64,000 nt of DNA from Podarcis vaucheri (lineage: Eukaryota). Positions 37,707 through 49,701 of this stretch are shown one piece after another (position 1 is the first letter of the stretch; each line of letters starts with the position of its first letter). The stretch is taken from NCBI GenBank assembly GCA_965113315.1, contig OZ220366.1; one strand, given 5' to 3'. The notes beneath the pieces were generated by a model, which made no database searches, was not told the DNA's origin, and saw only the letters and a program-made list of their open reading frames with translations. The translations under genes were made by a program, and so were the position numbers.

Positions 37707-37829
37707 AGATAGGTAGCCGTGTTGGTTTGCCATAGTCAAAATAAAAAAATTCCTTCCAGTAGCACCTTAAAGACCAACTAAGTTAGTTCTTGGTATGAGC
37801 TTTCGTGTGCATGCACGAAATTTTTTTAT
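37707..37829. mobile_element. Short Penelope-like insertion with a truncated hammerhead
   Basis: Near-identical to 5697-5790; 13-bp TSD TTTGGTCTAATAT at 37694-37706 and 37830-37842. Confidence 0.75.
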
Positions 37830-37947
37830 TTTGGTCTAATATGTTTAAGTAGTCCAACTGTGAATTCATAAAAGAGAAATTCATTATTCCACCAGCTCTC
37901 CTCTGCATAATTTATGCTACAAAAATAGATGTAAAATAATGTATTAC

Positions 37948-38076
37948 CTGGAGGGTGCACAAGCAGGTCATAATCGGAGGGAGTCCTGTTGACTACTGAG
38001 CCATGTTTTAAGTTTTCCCTCAAAGGAGGTCGGGCAGGTGGTAAAGGTACTGGAACAGGAGGCTCAAAGGTATCAC
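37948..38076 (-). CDS. CBLB: CBLB exon 16 (129 nt)
   Basis: [43 protein letters not shown]; AG/GTAATA. Confidence 0.95.
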
Positions 38077-38168
38077 CTAAATAGCAAAAGTAGATTTCTT
38101 AAAACTCCACCTTAAAAAATAATCTGGTTTTCTTCTAAGCATGGAAAAACAAAGTTTAGAAGTCATAC

Positions 38169-38245
38169 CCATCTCTGGATGTTTCAATCTTTTCATCTCA
38201 GAGGCAGAATTGTGTGTTTCACTCATTATTCCATTCTCACATACA
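38169..38245 (-). CDS. CBLB: CBLB exon 15 (77 nt)
   Basis: VCENGIMSETHNSASEMKRLKHPEM; acceptor ctttcag, donor GTATGA; phase 2-1 fits both neighbours. Confidence 0.85.
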
Positions 38246-39447
38246 CTGAAAGCAGAGATTGAACACCGGCATGTTAGTTACATGAAAACAGAAAAAGGAC
38301 ATTCACCATAGATGATCATTAATTTATTAAGCCATTGTATTTCTAAAAAAACCTACTGGTTCACCTTTCTAAAATGGGGACAGGGGTCAGAAAACAAAAC
38401 ATTACTATTTAATAACAATTTTAAAAATTGAAATAGTTTTGATGTAATTTTTATTACTATCTTTGTAAACCACTTCAAGGTGCATTTGTAATGGTACGTG
38501 GTACAAAAAATTATTTATAAATAAATACTATCTCCGGAAAAGAATTCAAGAGCAATGCGTTGGGTGCCTCCCCCTTTTGTTTTGTACTTGGTTAGAAAAT
38601 GGAATTTTTGTTGCCCAGAGTTAAGAGTCTGGATTGCCCTATTTTTTGCTTCTCAGAGTTGCTATACCACTCAGTGTGAGAGACCTAACCAATATAGGGA
38701 TGACCCTACTTTGGCAAGAGATGGGGAGGGAGATGTCATGTGGCTGTTTGCATGGCATTACATTGCCTCAGATGGAGCTGGGTGAATGAGCTGGTTTTAA
38801 ATTACACTTAATGTTGCTATATAGTTTTAATGCCCTGTAACAACTGGTTGACTGGGGATTAGTTGAGTTATCTGTATGGCTGGAATAAATGAATGTGAGT
38901 GAGGTTTGGCTGTGGAAGATGGTTAAGGATGTATTTGGGAGTTGTTACAGGTGTAGGGATGTGTGGGTATAATGGAACTGCAGCTTCTATTTCAGTTATT
39001 TTGCTTAGTTACTAATTATACTGTTTTATGTAGTTCATGTGCAGACAGTTGATTTTTATCTAATATTTTATGTTTATGTTTTGTTTTCCTGTTAAGTTAT
39101 TTTAAATGTGCATTTTTTAATATTTTAACATTGTACTGTAACGTTTTGTTTTATTTTGTAATGCTTTGTTTGGTGTCTTGATTCAGTCTGTAAATAGTAT
39201 TGAGATTATTATGATGTTTTAAATATAAAGCAATGGAGACACTATGTAAGCAAACAAGCAAGCATCTGGAGGATACCTTCAAAAAAGGTATATTGACCAC
39301 ATCATATTTTGTATGAAAATGATAGTAGTTGGTATCACCCTAATTTGAACATTTGCATCAATAAATTAAAACATGAAATTAAACTGAAACTAGATATACT
39401 ATCATGCCAAATAATGATTCCACCATTGCCTTCAAACCATGCCTTAC

Positions 39448-39588
39448 CGAATGTGAGACTTTATATTATGACAATGAGGTGACTGTGAAGTCAAAGAAAC
39501 AGGATGGGATGAAGGAATCTTGTATTCATCTTCTTCTAAACATTCTCTTGGTTTCTCAGGGAGGGAATTTTTAACAGGAACAGGAGAC
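39448..39588 (-). CDS. CBLB: CBLB exon 14 (141 nt), includes the EYKIP phosphotyrosine motif
   Basis: [47 protein letters not shown]; AG/GTAAGG. Confidence 0.93.
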
Positions 39589-41486
39589 CTCAAAAGAAAA
39601 GTAAATCAAACCCAGATAAGTTTCTTTGTTATAGTAGCAGATATTGATTACATTTATTGGTGATTTAAATTGAGCTTTTTCCAGGGCTGTTAGGTTAAGA
39701 TTAGCAGGTGGTCACCTAATAGGCTTCCCAACTGAGGAGGGCTTTGAACCAACAACTTTCCTGGATCCAAATGCAACACTCATTGTGCCACTCATTTGGT
39801 GATTTTTCACACTGTATGTAACAAAAATATGCAATAAATTCTACATACATGTGAATGGAATATGATGCTTATTGATAAGGTAGTTAAATAACGTTTTCCT
39901 CTTAGAGCTAAGGAAAATTATGAGATTTCTGTTGCCCCCTCAGTTAGATGTTAGAAGCAGGGGACACAACCCTTAACATAGTAATTTTATCTTCAGCTGA
40001 TGTCCCAAAGGAGAGAGAGAGATAACGGGAACTTAATTTTTTTTAAATCATTCATCAAATGATCCTGAAATATATAATGTAGGTGCCCAATATTAAATGA
40101 CAGAGAAATGACATGTTTAGCAAGATCTGCACACTTCCATTTTCATTAGTTTAGGAACAAACTACATGCAAGTTTAAGAAAGCCTGATTCAAAAAAAAGA
40201 CAAGCAACAGCCATTTTGGGTGGAGAATAACTAGGGAAGGGTAAAATAGGAAATGCTTAGTTGTTTTCTATCAATGGCATTTCCACTCAAATTTCTTCCC
40301 ACCCTCTGTGCAGGGTGGGTTCCAGATATCTGTTTTAACTATTACACTTCATTCAATGTACTACATAAACTGCGTAAGGTGATTCCACATGTTCAACCTC
40401 GCCATTATGGGCAAGTTAAGAGTGTAAAAGCCAAGCAGAGTGAGAGTTCTACATATATTAAACATACTCCAAAGTTTGAAGAAGAAAAGAAGAAGAAAGT
40501 CAGTTAAAAGAACTCAAGACATTTAAAAAATGTAAAGCAGAAATTTAACTGACAGTAACAGAAAATGGATTTTCAGTAGAAGATGAGAATCTGAAATTTA
40601 AATATTCCTGCAGTGCAATATTTAACCACCTTCTGTAGAGGGAGCCAAAGCACATCATATATTCAAACAAAGAGGTTTCTGCCTCTTGTCTGTACCCCAA
40701 CTAAATATTCAAAGCTAAAAGTGTTATCATAATTTTAAATTTAATGTTGCTAACCCACAAAACCAGGAGAACAGGATAAAGCTTTGTGTGTTCCTAAAGC
40801 CCTTCCATTTTCTCTAGACTTAGTTTAAACCATGTTGAATCCTCATTTGCCTTCCTTAAATGAGGATGACTATTACATCTGAATAGATTAATTTTTGTCT
40901 TAAAATCTAGTCTGTTTTTACATAACATTAAGGGGAATTACCCACCTTAGTTCATTCAATCCAGTTTGGTATATCCAAATTAACTTAACTTTGAACCCAT
41001 CAAATGATCTTATTGTTAACGAACTCAAAGAGGCTTACTAAAGCCTCTTATTTATCTGATGGGATCTCATTGAGTTTCCTGGCATATATTGATATGTTAG
41101 GCTGCAATCCTACCCACAACTACACTGAAGGAAGCTTTATGGAACTCAGTGAGACTTACTCCCAGGTAAGCAGGTCTAGGATTGTGACCTTAAACATGTA
41201 AGACTGGTTTATTTAAAGGTGACTCCCATGTTCTGCAAATAGCTTTGTAAACCTCATTCTGCTTTAAAATCTCCCTACTAAACTATTTGCACCAGTCTTT
41301 TGAATTCCCGTTTAAGTTACAATAGCCATAAAATATTATTGATGGATATGGCTAATTTTACAATGCTATTAATAAATATGCCAAGAAATGTTGTATGCTT
41401 TAAAATGTGCTCCTATTTATTTTAAGCATTTATATCCTACTCATCAAAAAACCTATTAAGGGCAACTTATCAATAAACAAACCAGC

Positions 41487-41522
41487 ATTGATTGATTGAT
41501 TGATTGAGTGATTGATTGATTG
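41487..41522. repeat. (ATTG)n microsatellite
   Basis: Directly visible, with one interruption. Confidence 0.95.
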
Positions 41523-42790
41523 CACTCAACAATGTTAAGCCAATACAATGACTTCTAAGCATATTAAAGTTCCACAAGAGAGTCACATCATATAGTTTGC
41601 TCGGGAAATATTAATTGTTTTCCAATCAGTTGAAAAGGAACATTCCATCTTCCAAAGTTTTACAATGAGTAAAAGTTCATGGAAAGTGTTTGTTTTCCCA
41701 TTAACAGGATCTGCTGTGCTTAAACAGCATGGCACATCCAGCTTACAAAGCAACAAACATATAGCAAAAAGCTGTTTATTGAAACTACTAACCTATGTAT
41801 GCTGACACTTGTTACGCTACCACTACACTATTATATAACACTTTTGCTATTTATGAGGAAGTATCATGTTCTGAGAGCCTGCTACTGGGTCAGCAAAGCA
41901 AGAAGTTAAAACAAAGAACATCTGGAAACACAGCATAATATTAGTATGGTAAGAGGTTACCAAGAACAATAATCTAAACACAGAACACATTCCACACATG
42001 ATGCATTGACTTTATATTAATTCAATACAAATGTGCACAATACAAGAATGTACATGCCGCATTATGACCAGTAGGAAACCAGTATAAAAACTGTGACCAT
42101 TAGAAGGCAGGGGAAGCATACTAATGAACCCAAGAAAACACTTCATTATTACTCATTTGAAAGAAGTGGTTTCTTGGGCTCATTAGTATGCATTTACCCT
42201 AAGTTCCCATTTGCCTTTGGCTAGTATCTGATGCTGGGCTGCATCTTTCTATGAAATAAAGGATGGGGGTGGGGAAGAGTGTATTTATTGTTCAGTTATG
42301 AGAAGCAAACCATAGGATCTAATCAAATGGGGCGTAGAATTTATTTGGCGGGTTTTTTTCCTCCTGGCAAAAATGCCTCCTGGGGAGCTGCTTCAACAAA
42401 ATATACAAAATGAACTGCTAACATGCTTATTTCTTCTATCACGATGAACTGGAAATAGGGGAACAGGGGAAGAAGCAGAGTAGCTCTGACAGGTCTCTTC
42501 ATATTTTAGAGTATCTCCTTGAGAGGCAAAATCCTCATTTCCACCACATGCTAATTCTGGATTTTACAACACCCCTGTCGTATGTGCCACCAAACCCATG
42601 CTTTTCCAGAACTTGACCAAAGAATGATGCTCATCTCTTGTATAACTGACACATTGTCCCACAATGGGATTTGGAGGAACTAGAGCATGCTGATTTTTCA
42701 TTTCATATTCCTCCAGCAGGAAATTCATCCCCGGTTTCTTGTAAATATGAATCTTTTTAGGGTGTTTTAAAATCACGCACAGACAAGGTA

Positions 42791-43019
42791 TAGATTTAGG
42801 TAGGTAGCTGTGTTAGTCTGATGCAGTCGAAATAAAATTTTTAAAAATAGTCCAGTAGCACCTTAGAGACCAACTAAGTTTTTCTGGGTATTATATAAGG
42901 GTCTAGTGACTTCTGTTTTGGTGTATCTGAAGAACTGTGCATACACACAAAAGCTTATACCCACAACAAACTTAGTTGGTCTCTAAGGTGCTATTGGACT
43001 ATTTATTAATTTTTTATTT
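42791..43019. mobile_element. Older Penelope-like insertion with a degenerate hammerhead
   Basis: TAGGTAGCTGTGTTAGTCTG start; inverted arms TAGTCCAGTAGCACCTTAGAGACCAACTAAGTTT; 10-bp TSD AGACAAGGTA at 42781-42790 and 43020-43029. Confidence 0.75.
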
Positions 43020-43132
43020 AGACAAGGTACATTTTAGTTTTAACAGAAATTTAATTTGTTAACTTAATCAAGCCAACTTTCTTTTCCCTCATACTTTGTA
43101 AGCAGTATTTGTAACTTTAAAATAAAACTTAC

Positions 43133-43227
43133 TTCATATTCGGCAATACTGAGGCAACTGGAGGTGGTGGTGAGAGCCGAGGTGGAACATCATACTCTTC
43201 ATTTCCTAGATGGCCATTTGAAAATAT
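43133..43227 (-). CDS. CBLB: CBLB exon 13 (95 nt), includes the EYDVP motif
   Basis: [32 protein letters not shown]; AG/GTAAGT. Confidence 0.95.
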
Positions 43228-43350
43228 CTGCAAAGGATGGATTTCTCAGTATTATAACTCTTCCACAACGAGTAGGTAAAATCAATAATTTAAGTCCTTC
43301 TCCTCAAATTTAATGTATCTCAATCTGCTCTTTGTAGTCCAATACCAATA

Positions 43351-43675
43351 TAGGTAAAGGTAAAGGACCCCTGACTGTTAGATCCAGTCGCGGACGACTC
43401 TGGGGTTGCGGCGCACTCATCTCGCTTTATTGGCCGAGGGAGCCGGTGTACAGCTTCCGGGTCATGTGGCCAGCATGACTAAGGCGCTTCTGGTGAACCA
43501 GAGCAGTGCACGGAAACGCCGTTTACCTTCCCGCCAGAGCAGTACCTATTTATCTACTTGCACTTTGACGTGCTTTCGAACTGCTAGGTTGGCAGGAGCT
43601 GGGACTGAGCAATGGCAGCTCACCCTGTTGTGGGGATTCGAACCACCAACCTTCTGATTGGCAAGCCCTAGGCTC
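43351..43675 (-). mobile_element. Sauria SINE (Squam1), slightly 5'-truncated
   Basis: Homologous to 9624-9977, with the (TACCTT) tail at its left end. Confidence 0.9.
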
Positions 43676-43730
43676 ATAATTCTATACAAATAGTGGTCTT
43701 TTTCTGAACTCCAGGCATTTAACACAGACT

Positions 43731-44132
43731 GGCCTAGTTTGCCATCATGCGAAGACAAACCATGGCTGAGTGTGTACAAACAAGCTTCTGAGAATATTGT
43801 GGCTGCTTTGTTCCTCTCTGGTTGTTTTGCTGCTGTGTGTCACACTGAGCTAAGCCATAAGGCTTCATATGTAATCTGAACCAGGGCTAGTGGTTTAGCT
43901 GTCTCCAAAGTAACTATGAATCAAAACCAAGGTTTGTTCTTTGTTCACAGCATATGGTTAGTCTGGAGAGAGCTAAACTATGAGCCAGAGTTTGAAAGAC
44001 ACAATAAACTATTGCTGAGCTCAGTGTGGCACAGCAGCAAAATAACTGGGAAGAAGCAAGGTAGACACAATCTCCTTCCCAGGAGGTTGCACCAACCCAT
44101 GGTTTGGCTTAAACTGATGTGCAAACCAGGCC
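43731..44132. mobile_element. Palindromic non-autonomous DNA element (possibly PIF/Harbinger-like)
   Basis: Ends GGCCTAGTTTGCCATCA / TGATGTGCAAACCAGGCC; internal AAACCATGG(T) motifs also occur at about 46290-46530 and 58580-58830. Confidence 0.5.
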
Positions 44133-44521
44133 TATATTCTATGTTCCTTTCTGCCTTACTCTTCTCTCTTACTTAAATAAATGTATTTATAAAAACACAA
44201 AGAAATCTCCAGAAAACCACAAAACAGGAAAAAATGAAGCCATTGGCAATAGAAAGTCACTATCATAATAATTTGATTAAAGTTTTTAATAGCTCCCTCT
44301 TTCTGGCCTTTTTTTGTAACCAAGTAACCCCCAAATTAAAGTGTACAAACTGTAGCGTTACTTTAAATGAGTAGATGTAATTATTCTTTGATTGTTAACA
44401 GGATTTCAATTATATAGCTGTCAAATGGTAAGTAAAGAACAATAAAATGGCACTTGAACTTGTGGGCCACAGTGCCAGAGTGTGAAATAAAATGAAGCTT
44501 CATACACCATGGATCTCTCAC

Positions 44522-44890
44522 CTTGGCACTTTCTGAAGGCAAATCATGGCGTCTGTGTTTTCGCAGAAATACTGGGTCAGAACCCATTCGACAGTGCCGA
44601 CCATTAATATTTGAGCTTGCTGTGAGTCCAGGTTTGGGAGAACCATCACCTCCTACTATTCGACATCCTGTGATATTATTTGTTCCGCACACCTCTCTGG
44701 GGCACCAGGCTTCGAGCGGCATAGGCTGGTCTCTAGAAGGCACACTTTCAGGATGATGCAAGTGTCTGCTTAACCTATTATCTGGTGGAATGGGCGGGGG
44801 TCTTTCTGGCGGAGGTGGGGGAGGATCTCGTACAGGCGGTGGTGGTGCAGGAAGAGGCTTGTCTTGCTTCCTCATCATGCATGGAGAAGA
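44522..44890 (-). CDS. CBLB: CBLB exon 12 (369 nt), proline-rich region
   Basis: [39 protein letters not shown]...[15 protein letters not shown]; AG/GTGAGA. Confidence 0.96.
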
Positions 44891-47714
44891 CTAGGGAGAC
44901 GCAACAGAAAGTAATATATCTATAACTGCATGCACTACAAACAGGTTTGCTTTATCCGCAGAATTATCTTCAGAAAAAAACTAAGCAAGGCTTTAAAGCG
45001 CTGGGAAAACTATTCTCTACCTGCAATGTTTTTCATTTACCACACAGCCAGCCCAATCCTAATTATTGCAAGTGAGATTGTAATAATAATTCTTGACAGG
45101 AAATTGAAATTTAAAAGACCTATTTTCTTTCCCATATAAGTGGGAAGCAATATTCTGCATCTATGACATTTATTGGCAAGAGAATAGAATATTCTTTGCA
45201 TGTTCACGCAGCACCAAACTTTTGCTAAGTAATAATGATCAGAGTATAACCAGTTGAAAACTTTAAAAATAAAAACACTATAAAATAGATAATGTGAGTT
45301 GTAAAGTATTCATTACAGAAAATCAGCAATATACTCAATTCCCAGAATACACCATCATGTTCATCATCTTAAACTAATGTCTGCACTCACGGCTAAAGAC
45401 CAGCAACACTGACCCTTCACTGCCAGTTTAAATGACAGTTAATTAAAATTATGATAGCAATGAATAAACATTTTATGTACTTCAGTTGTCTAAGAATTAT
45501 GCAGCTAGAATGAAATTTAATTTGCAAATAGAACTGCCAAGTTAAAGGCAAAATGCTGATAAAAAGTAAATTGTAAGTTATCACTGGTCATCCACACACA
45601 TACAGGCAGGCACACAGACTCACTAATACAGTTTTCAAAGCATGCCTTCAACATTCAATTAAAAATCTAATTATATTTGGTGTACCAATTACAACCCAAG
45701 TGATCTTGCTGTAGGAAGAATGCTTGTGAATGACTGTACTATTTTGTTGACTATTCTTTCTGCCTTAAAGAAAGCATATTTTTCTGAATGCTTTCCTTCT
45801 TAAAGAGCATTTGCAATTTGCAGAGAGTTCAGCTTTCCCTTTATGTAACTGTAAACCATGGGTCGCAAATTTCTCACCTTAATTTCAACAACATATGACA
45901 AGTACAAATTATGGGTGGTATTCATCCAAGTAGAGCAAAAGCTTCCAGCTGCACAATGGAACTTCATCTCCTCCTCCTCTCCCACCAAACCCTCTAAATC
46001 TGTTCTGGTGAACCCTCCAACTATCTGGAACGGATTTGGAGAAGGTGCAGTGTATGTGCAGGAAGAGGAGAGGGAGGTGAAAATCTGTTGTGTAAATGGA
46101 AATGCTTATACTAATGAAGCATTTTTACTTGATACCACTCTATGCAAATGGAAATGGAGATAAATTTGAAAACATTGCACAATTTAAATGTAAGTCAGAT
46201 AATCAATTTTTCAAAGGCTGCATTTGGATGTAATGCAAAGCCAAGAACCATCTTTTATTAAGCCAAACTGTACACTGGTACACAATTCTCCCTTCATTCA
46301 CGGGGGTAAACAAATCATGAAACAGGCTAGCATGGTGTTGCACCCAAGGTTGTGGTTTGTTAGGGCAAAGGAAACCATGAGGTCAAATTCACATGTAACA
46401 CTAAGTTGGCTTCTCCATGGCTTTGGAAAGAGGTGAAAAGTGGGGACGCTTGCACTGTGTGCACCAGTATGTAGCTTGTGCACAAATGATTAAGCCAAGC
46501 TTTATGACTTCGTGTTATGTGTGAACACGGCCACTGTTTTTCACTTGCTATTTAGTTTTGCAAACTGGAATAATAAATAGTGTACTCTATTGGCATACTT
46601 AAGTATTCATAGAAAGGTGAGATACAAGTAAAATTTGACACCAGCATTTCTACTGCGTTAAATTGGTATGGCATGGGATGGGGGATATTACAATAGAAAC
46701 ATGTTGGGTTTTTTAATGTCATAGGGATGCCTATGTCAAACATATAGCTTAGATTCTAATGCCCAACTTAATGTATGCTTTGTGGTATTTTTACTAACTC
46801 TAAGTCACTGAGGATCTTTACTATAGCTCTGTAAGGGCTCCCAGGTTGACCGTAAAAATTACTTTTAACCCAACTCTGGATGCAGGGTTATGCGGGTCTA
46901 CAAAGTGGGAGAACAATATGTGGTTTTTTGAGGGGAGGGGGTTTGAACAGTCCAGAATAAACCGTATTAAACTACAAATGGTTTTAAAAATTTATTTCCC
47001 TTTTTCTTACATCCTTACCAAGTGCATGCATAGAGGATAGGAACTCACACTGTACTGCCTACTCCTGCAAAGGCAAATGAATATTGGATGGGGGGAGGTA
47101 GAGGTATGGAGTGACAGATGACAAGTCAGTTGAGTGATGGAAGAAAAGCAGAGAAGATCAAAGATGAAGAGGAGCAGCAGTGGAGAAAGCAAAAGGAAAG
47201 CAGTGGGGATGAGAATCTAAGTGTGAAAGAAAAAGAGGCAGAGGTAGACCAGTCTTCAGCCAGACAGAACACTGTCATTCAACAGCGGCAGCCAGCACCA
47301 AATGACTGGGAAGCTGTAGAAGCAATTATTACTGATTCAACAAGAGTAACACTGTTCTTTATGGGTATATGAGTTATTTGTATTTGATTAGAATTGTTAT
47401 GTTTATTATTTAGTTAATGTAGTCACTTGTGAAAAATCCAATAGATGTTCTCTCTCTATAGCTAGACAGACAGTGATCAAGACAGAGAAAGGATTTGTGT
47501 GTTGACACAACAGTTTTCATCACTGGCTTGAACCTCTTGTGGTGCACTGCAGCCTGCTCCTAAAGCAGTAGTTTGCAAGAATGGTGAAAGTAGCAAGGGC
47601 AACTTGAGAAGCCTTCCCATGTACCAGCAGGCATCACATATGTAAACACTTACGGATCTCATCTAATTTCTTGGGTGAGGGTGTCAAAATCATAAATGGT
47701 ATAAATAAGACTAC

Positions 47715-47900
47715 CTTTGGTGAGCTAGTAGGGCTGGCACAAGGGGATCGAGCAACTCCCTTTTGAATTAGATCTAGTCGAGGAGGCACTGGTGGGAGGC
47801 TAAGATGAGGTCCTTGGAGGGGTTCAGGAAGTGGCTTTCTTCTTTGTGCAAGTGGAGAAGATCCTGGAGATGTCACTGGGGAATTCTGTCTTTCAGTACA
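47715..47900 (-). CDS. CBLB: CBLB exon 11 (186 nt)
   Basis: [62 protein letters not shown]; AG/GTAGTC. Confidence 0.96.
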
Positions 47901-49096
47901 CTGCAACAAAGTATTCATAAGCGTTATAAAACGGTTTTGGTTTTGTTTATTGGGATACTTTCATATACACTTTCAAATTCTTATGGCTTATGCATCTATC
48001 AACAATTACACTGGCTATATTGCTATGATGCCCATAATTTATTTTGAAGTATTAAATAGCTATTTTCACAGCTAAATGGCAATTGCAAAGAAATGCAGCA
48101 GTGCTAGAATTTGGACAAACAGAGCAGAGATTCATATTATGAGGAAGATAAAGATATTTGCTCAAAGAAAGAGAAATAAAGACAAATGAATATAATTACA
48201 AATTGGTTCCATATGAGAGCATAAATATACCCTACACCAGGGCTTAACACTTGCCACTTGCTGGAGGTGGCAACTCTGACACTAGACATCCCACTGAGTT
48301 CAAGGGAACAAACTTTCTAGTGCTGAGGATTTTAGTTTTAAGATTATTTAAGATTGCTCAGTTGGGGATTTTTAGGGTAGCATATTGCTTCAAGTTACAA
48401 CATCTGGAGACTCTGTAGTCGAGTTCTATTCCAAACTCCAGCAATATTTTCAAAATACAGTTAATTTAATGCACGGCAATAATTTAATTTAACACAAATT
48501 TCTTTGCTCTTTTATATTACATCTTTTAAATGTTGATGTACTAATAAAGCCTACAAGAAAGACACTTTAGCTAAAACTGAACACACTTGAATATCTTGGA
48601 ATTCTTAGATACATAATCCCATTGAAGTTTTAAGTTAATTAGAAATGAAACTTATTAGAGCAGTACTTCTGCAAGTAGGGCTATACCCACGAAATGTTAC
48701 TACGTTTGGAACACCTGCAAAGTTGCTTGAAGATCAAATCTTTGGTATTTCACATATCAACAATGTGCATTCACTGCAATATACATATATTCCATATATT
48801 CCATATATACACATATACACAATATACATATATTTCATATATTCCACAGGGATAGACAGAAGCCTAAACATCTAATTCACACACATTATCTGACACTGAT
48901 GTCAGTTTTGAATACTTCTTTTTAACCTGTGTTGTTTTTGGAAAATATTTATTGCTGGAGATATTGCAGTGTGCATGCTATCCTTCACAGTAAGTGATTA
49001 TTTGTAATTTTGCTGAGCTTTTTAGCTCTTCAGTTGTGTTCCTGAGCCATTATTGCCTAACTAGTATTAATGCATTTAAACTGTTTCCATTATCAT

Positions 49097-49465
49097 GGGT
49101 GCCACTGTGGTCTAAACCACTGAGGCTTTGGGCTTGCCGATCAGAAGGTCAGCAATTCAAATCCATGCGAAGGGGTGAGCTCCCATTGCTCTGTCCCAGC
49201 TCCTGTCAGCCTAGCAGTTCGAAAGCACACCAGGGCAAGCAGAGGAATAGGTACCACTGCATCGGGAAGATAAACAGCATTTCTGTGTGCTCTGGCTTCT
49301 GTCACGGTGTTCCGTTGCACCAGAAGCGGTTTAGTCATGCAGGCCACATGACCCAGAAAGCTGTCTGTGGACAAATGCTGGCTTCCTCAGCCTGAAAGCG
49401 AGATGAGTGTCATACCTCATAGATGCCTTTGATTGGACTTAACCATCCAGGGGTCCTTTACCTTT
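49097..49465 (+). mobile_element. Sauria SINE (Squam1), older subfamily
   Basis: GGGTGCCACTGTGGTCTAAACCAC head and GGGGTCCTTTACCTTT tail; possible TSD ATTATCA. Confidence 0.88.
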
Positions 49466-49483
49466 ATTATCACATCAATAGTA

Positions 49484-49701
49484 CAGTTGTACCTCCGCTT
49501 ACGCATCCCTCTGGATATGTAATCTTCGGGATGCGAATGTGGCAAACTTGGAAGTATTTTTCCGGGTTTCGCCCCGAGCGCATGCGCAAAAGCACTCTAT
49601 GCGCCGCATGCATTCACAGAAGTGGTCGTCCGGTTGCGAATTCCTCGGGATGCGGCCGTGACCTCCAGAACGGATCCCGTTCGCAACCAGAGGTACCACT
49701 G
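49484..49701. mobile_element. Tc1/mariner-pogo MITE, family B
   Basis: TA|CAGTTGTACCTC...GAGGTACCACTG|TA; the interior differs from family A. Confidence 0.8.
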
